DNA of 64,000 nt, taken from the IMG/VR virus record IMGVR_UViG_3300009514_000001, positions 47,894 to 111,893 of that record. One strand, given 5' to 3'. The DNA comes from a virus. Shown piece by piece: positions 57,961-64,000 of the stretch. The notes beneath the pieces are model-generated. The model saw only the letters and a list, made by a program, of their open reading frames with translations, searched no databases and had not been told where the DNA came from. The stretch's first letter is position 1; each line of letters opens with the position of its first letter. A program made the position numbers and the translations under genes.

Positions 57961-60900
57961 TCAGCTCCCGTCGTCACCCAGGACATTCACGTTGTTGCTG
58001 TAGGCTGTGCCATCAGCAGTTTCGACATCGAACCCGACCTTTACAGCACCCACCCAACACCCGCTGGCGCTCGGGTCATCTTCCGCCGTACCCGCTGTCG
58101 GTTCCGGCTTCGCAGCGGGACCCGGCCCCACCGTCACCTCCAACCATACCCGGGCACCAGGCGGAAGCATCGAGCCCGAAGGCGTTGCGATACCGTATTT
58201 GTCCAGGATGTTGTCAAGCCAGTTACCGACCTTGAACGGACGGGCCTCAGGCTGCTTGTTGTAGGGACGAGTCGTCTCCAGCGTCCTTCCGTGGGTCGCC
58301 AGGGTCAGGCTTCCAGACGTCGGGGGTGTGGCCGGGTCTACTGCCACCCGGTTGCCACCGCCGTCCTTGGGCGTGTCGAAGAAGTCGCCGACCGGGGTCA
58401 GCGCCATCGTGAACGCGTGACTGCAAGTGCGTCCGCCGTAGGCCTCGGGGTTGCCGGCCACCGCACGGAACGAACCCGCGGTGCCCGACTGAGGCGCAGG
58501 GTACTGGGCCGAGTGAGTGACCGTGATGCCGGTCATCGTGGCCGCAGACAGAGAATCCGGAGCTGCTCGTCGGAACACCTCACCGTCCGCCACGAGACCG
58601 GAAGTGAACGCCGAGCGAACACCGCCGGAGACTCTTGAGTCACGGGGGTGGGGGGACGCAAGGACTCGACTGAATCCAGGAGCCGTGAACGGACCTCCAT
58701 TACCCGCGGTTGCGGTGTCGATACCACCCCACAAGACGGGCGTAGGCGGGTTGGCAAACAAACCAACGTCCTGATGGGAGTCTTGCGGGTTGCCGGCATC
58801 GCTACCTACACCGAAGCCGTACTCTGGGTCACCGAGGACCCAGTCTGCGGCAGGGTTGCTGCCTGCACCAGAGTCAGAGTTGTAGCGAGGCTCCGGGCCA
58901 CCGGTGATGAACCGCTCCATGACGTTCGGCATCAGGTCGCCGGCTTCTCGGTTAACGTACAGAGGTACGACCACCGTGCCTCCCGGCCAGATGTCATCCC
59001 CGGAGTTGTCCGGGTGGGTGTAACTCGCCGTGGGAGCGCGGTCTCCGAAAGGAAGACCGGAAGTGCCAGAGGCCTGGGAGCGGACGAGGGAGAACAGACC
59101 CGTTCGTCGGACCTGAGACCCCGGTATCTCCACGACCAGGTTGAAGCACATGTAGAATTCGTCCAGGATATCGTTGACTGTCCCGCCCGTATTGTAGCCG
59201 GGGAGGTCGTCCTGGTTGCGGCTCGGGACGTCGTTGCCCCAGACGCCGAAGTTGACCCAGAGACGGGTCAGGCGAGCCCCCTTCGGAGCCTTGCCCGGGA
59301 ACGGACTGTTGATACCACCACCAGGCTGCATGGCCTGGGTGAAAGCCTCCGACAGGTCGATGCGCAGCGTAGGCGGCGGCACCGAGGCATCGTAAATCCA
59401 GGAGTCGCGGACGGCCTTGGGCCAGTAGAGCTGCCACCACTCACCAGCTGGCGTCCAGCTGTAGGTGCTGTCCGCCAAAGTGGCCGGGAACGTGGAGGGT
59501 GCCAGGCTGTTGGCGTTGTGCAGCTCGGTGTGAGAACCGTAGTCGTTGCCGGCGCCGAACTGGTCCGCAAACCAGCCGTTCGCTATGAGACGAAGGTCTC
59601 CGACACGGCTCCTCGTTGCCCGGTGTCGGTCCATAAGGACCCAAGGCTCTGCGATGCCCAGAGGAGTCGACTCACGGGAGTCGACGACACCGACGGAGTC
59701 GACCATGGACACGGCCTTACCCATGCCGTCAGGACCGATGCCACTCGGGTTGTCGCTTGAGTGGCCGAGGATGACCGAGGACTTGGCGTGGCGGGGAGAC
59801 ACCGTGACGATGCGCTCGCGCCCAATCGGCTGCAAGGCATACTGAGGAGGACGATTGTTCGCCCCCGTACTTGGAAGGTCCCCAGTGACGGTGTCTTGCC
59901 AGCTTCCCAGGACTCCCAGCGGGGAGTAGAGAATGACCTTCTCGGACAGGAGGGTCGCCCCTCCATCGACAGGACTCTGGTTGGGGAAGAAAATCTCGCA
60001 GTCGCCGCCGAGCACAATGTGGCCCGTGTTGGGACAGCGATTGATGCGGTAGAGATCGGTTTTGAGGGTCTCCACATCACCGCTTCTCGGCCAGCCCGAG
60101 GTCCACGCCTGGGTGTTTGGCAGAGTGCCTCCAAACCCGGAGTCGTCCTGGCTGCTGAGCTGGACACCGAACCGATGTAGGGCGGGCTTGATCAGGTGCA
60201 GGTACGACCCGACGTTCTCCTCCAGCAGGGGGGCGCTGAAGACCCAACGAATACCCCGAGCTGCGGAGTACGCCTCGTAGTCGCCACCACTGTTCGGGTT
60301 GTTGGGGGCCGGAGAGCTGATGAACGCGGCGTTGTTTCGGTCGCCCGCACCGCGGTCAATCTGGGAGTTGTGTCCCTTGTAGCTGTAGAACCCAATGGAG
60401 AGAGCCGTGTCCTGGGTGCTGTGGTCGCGTCCGGCCCCGAGGTTGGCATCCATCGTCAGGAACTGAATGCGTAGTGTAGCGTCCTCTCCGGTGACCTCGG
60501 CCTGCTGAGTAGCGTCCAAGAGGGAGAGGTCATAGGTGACCTCCAGAGAGACACCCAGGGGGTGCATGGGGTTCGTGATTGCCGTCCAGACAATCCACCC
60601 CGCAACCGGACCACCCGTCAGACTGACGTTGTTACCGTTGAGGCGCACGTCACCGTTTGCGAACGTCGCGAGGGCGTCGCAGTCCGTGATGGTGGCCCCG
60701 TCAATCTCAGCGGCTGTGACAACCACGCTGAGAATGTTGGTTCCATCACTCTTCGTGACTTCCATGGTCAGGTCAGAGACCGAACCCGTCACGTTATCCC
60801 AGAGGGGAGCGGCACCATTGCTTGCTTCCGAGGCGTCGTTCCACTGGGTGTCTGCTACCGCGCGAATCAGAGGTGATCTCTCTACCAGAGGGAGGGCTCC

Positions 60901-63900
60901 GTCGAACGTCGCAGAGTCGCGGAGGGCACCACTGGAATCACGGCGCCACTTGCGGAGGACAGCGACATCGCGTTGGACCGTGCTGTTGCCCTCGGACAGG
61001 ACCTTGTTGGCCAGGACATCGATGATGTACCACCACCCCGTGTAACGGTAGTTGTGCGTACCACAGATGTAGATGAACCGGCCGATGTCGGTGACGTTGA
61101 AGTTGTAGCTCGTGGCCCCGATAGAGTAGAAGATGGCGTCGGCGTCGGGGATAAGGTTGTCCGAGTTGTCCCGCGGCGGAAGAAGACCACCGTCGACACC
61201 GCGAGGACCGAGCACCGGAACGAACTCAACGTTCGGGGTGATACGGATTCGGTGTCCCGAGAGCGGCCGACGAACATCCCCATTGTCCACGCGGTCCCCA
61301 AACCCGTTGGAGATAGTCGTCGTCGGGTCAACCAGGGGGTCCGTGTGTTGGTTGAGGTCGTAAAAGATTTCCTGCTCCCTGGGGGAGCCTGCGTTGTTGA
61401 GGTTGCTGGCCGGGGAGAGGCTGAACGCAGCACCGTTCGAGGTCGACCAGGAGATAGTATCCGCGGACCCACGCCACCCGATCTTGCGAGCGATGACGTT
61501 TACGACAGCACCCGGAGCCGGGAGGTTGGCCGCAATGACGCGAGGGACGTTGGCGTTGATGACCGGGGCCAGGTTGGCCGCCGTGGTGGCGACCGCGCCA
61601 CCGATGCCGAACTCCGTCCCCAGAGTAGGCACGGCCCGGGCCGTAAGAACCACGCCGTCGATGGTGACCGTGTCTCCGTCGCCTGGGAGGAGGGAGACCG
61701 TGATGGTTCCGTCCTGGTGCCGACCGCCACTGACTGAAATCGTCCCGTTTGTGGAACTACGGAACCCGTCGCCGGGCTGTCCAAGTCCAGTGGCTGTATT
61801 GGCGTCAGTAGAGCCGGAGTCCTGGAACGTTTTCCAGCGACCGACATCGCCGACTGTGTAGAAGGTGCCGTTGTCGACATCCTCGATGACCATGCCAGGG
61901 AGCAGCCTCATCTGTTCTTCGACATCGAAAAAGATGTCGGAGAAGTTCCCGTCATATCCGTAAGTCAGGCCGTTCTCCTGACTCAAGGCATGGCGGTAGG
62001 AGACTGAGACATTGCCCGGGACGCCCAGATGGCGACCATCTCCCGCCGCCGGAGAAGCCCCTACAGGGTCTGTGTTGAATACTGGCGTCGGGTCAATAGG
62101 GAAGAAGGGGGAGAGGTGAGTACGTCCTCTCGGCCCATTCGAGAACTCATACATCGGGACGTCCAGGGGCGTCCTTCCCGTACTCGAAGATCCGAAGTCG
62201 GCCGTCCCACTACCCTTGAGGGTGGGCGGGCCCTTCGGGAGGAGCATGACCTCTCCGAAAGCCGGAACCTCCATGCCCTTGATGCCGCCTTTGGCCGGCC
62301 GCCCTCGGAACGAGGAGAGAGCCGCATTGCCGCCCGTCGCATCCAGGGGGCGGAAGGGGCGCTCGTACACCAACGAACCCGGGGTACCCATCCTGAGACC
62401 AGAGGTCCCGAAGGGGAACAAGGCGTCGTTCGGGTTCAGGGTGAGGGCCGAAGACTGGGGTGCGTCGAGGTCCTGGCGGTGATCCGCCAGGATGGCCGGG
62501 GAAGCCCAGCTCTGAGCCGCTGCCACATTCTCACGGAGCCTGAACAGAGGTCCGTGGGAGGCCCTAGAGTCCTCGAAAGTGAGTGTCGCGTTGGGGGACA
62601 CCACCGTGATGTCGTCGTGGAACTCGGAGCGGTTGAACGTCGAGACGACATCGACCCCGGGCTTGTCTACCAGGTCCTTCTGGAAGTTCGGAAGAGGGTC
62701 TGCGGCGCCATGGCCCCAGACCGTCAGAGAACCGAGGGTGTCTGTGACGATACTCCTCGGATTCGCACGAAAAGCAGTTGCCTGAACAGTGCCCAGACCC
62801 CCGTCAATCAGGACACCCTGACTCAACCGAGCAGGGTGGCCGACGAAGGTCACACGACCCGCATCGTCCCGCTGGAACTCTCCCCTTGTGTGGGCCAAGG
62901 AGACTTCGTCGAGGCGGTCCGCACGTTCAGCCGAGTAGATGACCAGGCGGGCATAGGCTTTCGGGAGGAGGTCCGTGGTCGGCGTCCCCGCCGCGTCCAT
63001 GGCGAAATACGCCACGGAAGTGTACCTGCCCTTGGAGTCGGCATTCTCGTGGATGCCCAGGAGGCGTCCGCGGCCCGTGAACTTGAACTGGGCTGTCGGG
63101 TCAGAGTTGGTGAACACCGACACGAGGTCCATGGGCAAGGATCCTCGACCGGAACCGATGGCCGCCGGATTGATGCTCAGACCTCGCAGAGAAGTCGGAG
63201 AACCCGTCGGAGAGCCCCCAGGATCCACTACGTCGGCGACGTAGATGGGGCGTGTTGCGCTCTCGTCGTAGTAGATAGTCCACGGGTGGCCGTCATCGTC
63301 TTCCGTAATCTGCTGCTCGAAGAACAGATTCGGGAGACGGGCGAACTTCTCAACCCGGAGCTGGAGGTAGCCGACGATGGTTGCCGCAGGGGCATGTCCA
63401 GCCACGTCCGTGCCCGAGGCTACGAAGTCAACATTGAGACCGTCACCAACTGTCGGGTTGAGTGGCGTGTGGGGGAAGAATTCGCTGGGGGTGACGCTCG
63501 ACGGGTTGACGAAGCTGTCCACCACCGACTGGGTCAGCAGAGGAGCGCCGACGATGCGCCAGACACCTTCGTTCGCAGCGTCGTTCGGGCCTGGGCTGGC
63601 AAAGTTGGCCGTACCCAGCTCGATGTAGCACCCCTTGAGGAACGGGACGAACATCGGAAGCGAACCGGCGCGAGCCGACTGGGCCATCCGGAAGGATGCG
63701 GTACCCGGGTCTGTCGTGCTGAACACGTCGTCGCCGACGCCATCTCCGGGCCACTCGATGTTTCCGACCGCCGACTGGAACGCCACCCAGTCCGACTGGG
63801 TGAGGGCAACAGAGACGACGGCCTCCATCTGAACGTCATCGGCAAGGACACGAGCTGGGTGGAACGCACCAGCCTGGGGAGAGTGCCCAGAACCAGGGCC

Positions 63901-63999
63901 TTCATCCAGACGATTCGTCGGGTCAGTCCTGCGGATGACGGCCGTCGTGAGATCTGTTCCCAGGAGGCGGAGGTTGGAAATCCAAACCTGTGTGTCGCC
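57961..63999 (-). CDS. very large putative virion structural protein, 5' end outside the window
   Basis: frame stays open from 63828 to the window end; over 2000 aa, G/T/S/P-rich. Confidence 0.75.
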   Translation of the reverse strand, partial: GDTQVWISNLRLLGTDLTTAVIRRTDPTNRLDEGPGSGHSPQAGAFHPARVLADDVQMEAVVSVALTQSDWVAFQSAVGNIEWPGDGVGDDVFSTTDPGTASFRMAQSARAGSLPMFVPFLKGCYIELGTANFASPGPNDAANEGVWRIVGAPLLTQSVVDSFVNPSSVTPSEFFPHTPLNPTVGDGLNVDFVASGTDVAGHAPAATIVGYLQLRVEKFARLPNLFFEQQITEDDDGHPWTIYYDESATRPIYVADVVDPGGSPTGSPTSLRGLSINPAAIGSGRGSLPMDLVSVFTNSDPTAQFKFTGRGRLLGIHENADSKGRYTSVAYFAMDAAGTPTTDLLPKAYARLVIYSAERADRLDEVSLAHTRGEFQRDDAGRVTFVGHPARLSQGVLIDGGLGTVQATAFRANPRSIVTDTLGSLTVWGHGAADPLPNFQKDLVDKPGVDVVSTFNRSEFHDDITVVSPNATLTFEDSRASHGPLFRLRENVAAAQSWASPAILADHRQDLDAPQSSALTLNPNDALFPFGTSGLRMGTPGSLVYERPFRPLDATGGNAALSSFRGRPAKGGIKGMEVPAFGEVMLLPKGPPTLKGSGTADFGSSSTGRTPLDVPMYEFSNGPRGRTHLSPFFPIDPTPVFNTDPVGASPAAGDGRHLGVPGNVSVSYRHALSQENGLTYGYDGNFSDIFFDVEEQMRLLPGMVIEDVDNGTFYTVGDVGRWKTFQDSGSTDANTATGLGQPGDGFRSSTNGTISVSGGRHQDGTITVSLLPGDGDTVTIDGVVLTARAVPTLGTEFGIGGAVATTAANLAPVINANVPRVIAANLPAPGAVVNVIARKIGWRGSADTISWSTSNGAAFSLSPASNLNNAGSPREQEIFYDLNQHTDPLVDPTTTISNGFGDRVDNGDVRRPLSGHRIRITPNVEFVPVLGPRGVDGGLLPPRDNSDNLIPDADAIFYSIGATSYNFNVTDIGRFIYICGTHNYRYTGWWYIIDVLANKVLSEGNSTVQRDVAVLRKWRRDSSGALRDSATFDGALPLVERSPLIRAVADTQWNDASEASNGAAPLWDNVTGSVSDLTMEVTKSDGTNILSVVVTAAEIDGATITDCDALATFANGDVRLNGNNVSLTGGPVAGWIVWTAITNPMHPLGVSLEVTYDLSLLDATQQAEVTGEDATLRIQFLTMDANLGAGRDHSTQDTALSIGFYSYKGHNSQIDRGAGDRNNAAFISSPAPNNPNSGGDYEAYSAARGIRWVFSAPLLEENVGSYLHLIKPALHRFGVQLSSQDDSGFGGTLPNTQAWTSGWPRSGDVETLKTDLYRINRCPNTGHIVLGGDCEIFFPNQSPVDGGATLLSEKVILYSPLGVLGSWQDTVTGDLPSTGANNRPPQYALQPIGRERIVTVSPRHAKSSVILGHSSDNPSGIGPDGMGKAVSMVDSVGVVDSRESTPLGIAEPWVLMDRHRATRSRVGDLRLIANGWFADQFGAGNDYGSHTELHNANSLAPSTFPATLADSTYSWTPAGEWWQLYWPKAVRDSWIYDASVPPPTLRIDLSEAFTQAMQPGGGINSPFPGKAPKGARLTRLWVNFGVWGNDVPSRNQDDLPGYNTGGTVNDILDEFYMCFNLVVEIPGSQVRRTGLFSLVRSQASGTSGLPFGDRAPTASYTHPDNSGDDIWPGGTVVVPLYVNREAGDLMPNVMERFITGGPEPRYNSDSGAGSNPAADWVLGDPEYGFGVGSDAGNPQDSHQDVGLFANPPTPVLWGGIDTATAGNGGPFTAPGFSRVLASPHPRDSRVSGGVRSAFTSGLVADGEVFRRAAPDSLSAATMTGITVTHSAQYPAPQSGTAGSFRAVAGNPEAYGGRTCSHAFTMALTPVGDFFDTPKDGGGNRVAVDPATPPTSGSLTLATHGRTLETTRPYNKQPEARPFKVGNWLDNILDKYGIATPSGSMLPPGARVWLEVTVGPGPAAKPEPTAGTAEDDPSASGCWVGAVKVGFDVETADGTAYSNNVNVLGDDGS

Positions 64000-64000
64000 C

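Noticed and set aside
51724..63832. Many plus-strand ORFs of 100-440 aa opposite the giant structural genes
   Set aside because: Antisense shadows expected at high GC; no recognisable motifs.

Overview
GC-rich, densely coding window that reads as part of a very large (jumbo-type) bacteriophage genome. There are no rRNA, tRNA or host housekeeping operons, and most genes after 12.8 kb lie on the minus strand. It contains: (i) a replication cluster (family A DNA polymerase, DnaB-like helicase, degenerate DnaC-like loader, stand-alone primase zinc finger, SNF2 helicase, UvrD-like helicase) carrying six inteins; (ii) nucleotide-metabolism genes (thymidylate kinase, NUDIX, HD and DHH-type hydrolases); (iii) cell-wall enzymes and peptidoglycan-binding proteins; (iv) very large probable virion structural proteins at the right end; (v) modular proteins sharing an IARRVA-type peptide and HExxH protease motifs. 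The most notable unexplained structures are a roughly 480-nt, extensively base-paired non-coding RNA candidate (17.2-17.7 kb); cas-less type I-E-like CRISPR repeats directly after gene stops (1.7 and 11.1 kb); three copies of a stand-alone MmeI-like target-recognition-domain gene (one intact, one with its core inverted, one with its core deleted) that share a C-terminal GILDLFGD tail with a separate DNA methyltransferase; and two recurring promoter-like motifs. All product calls come from motif recognition by eye. No database searches were run.
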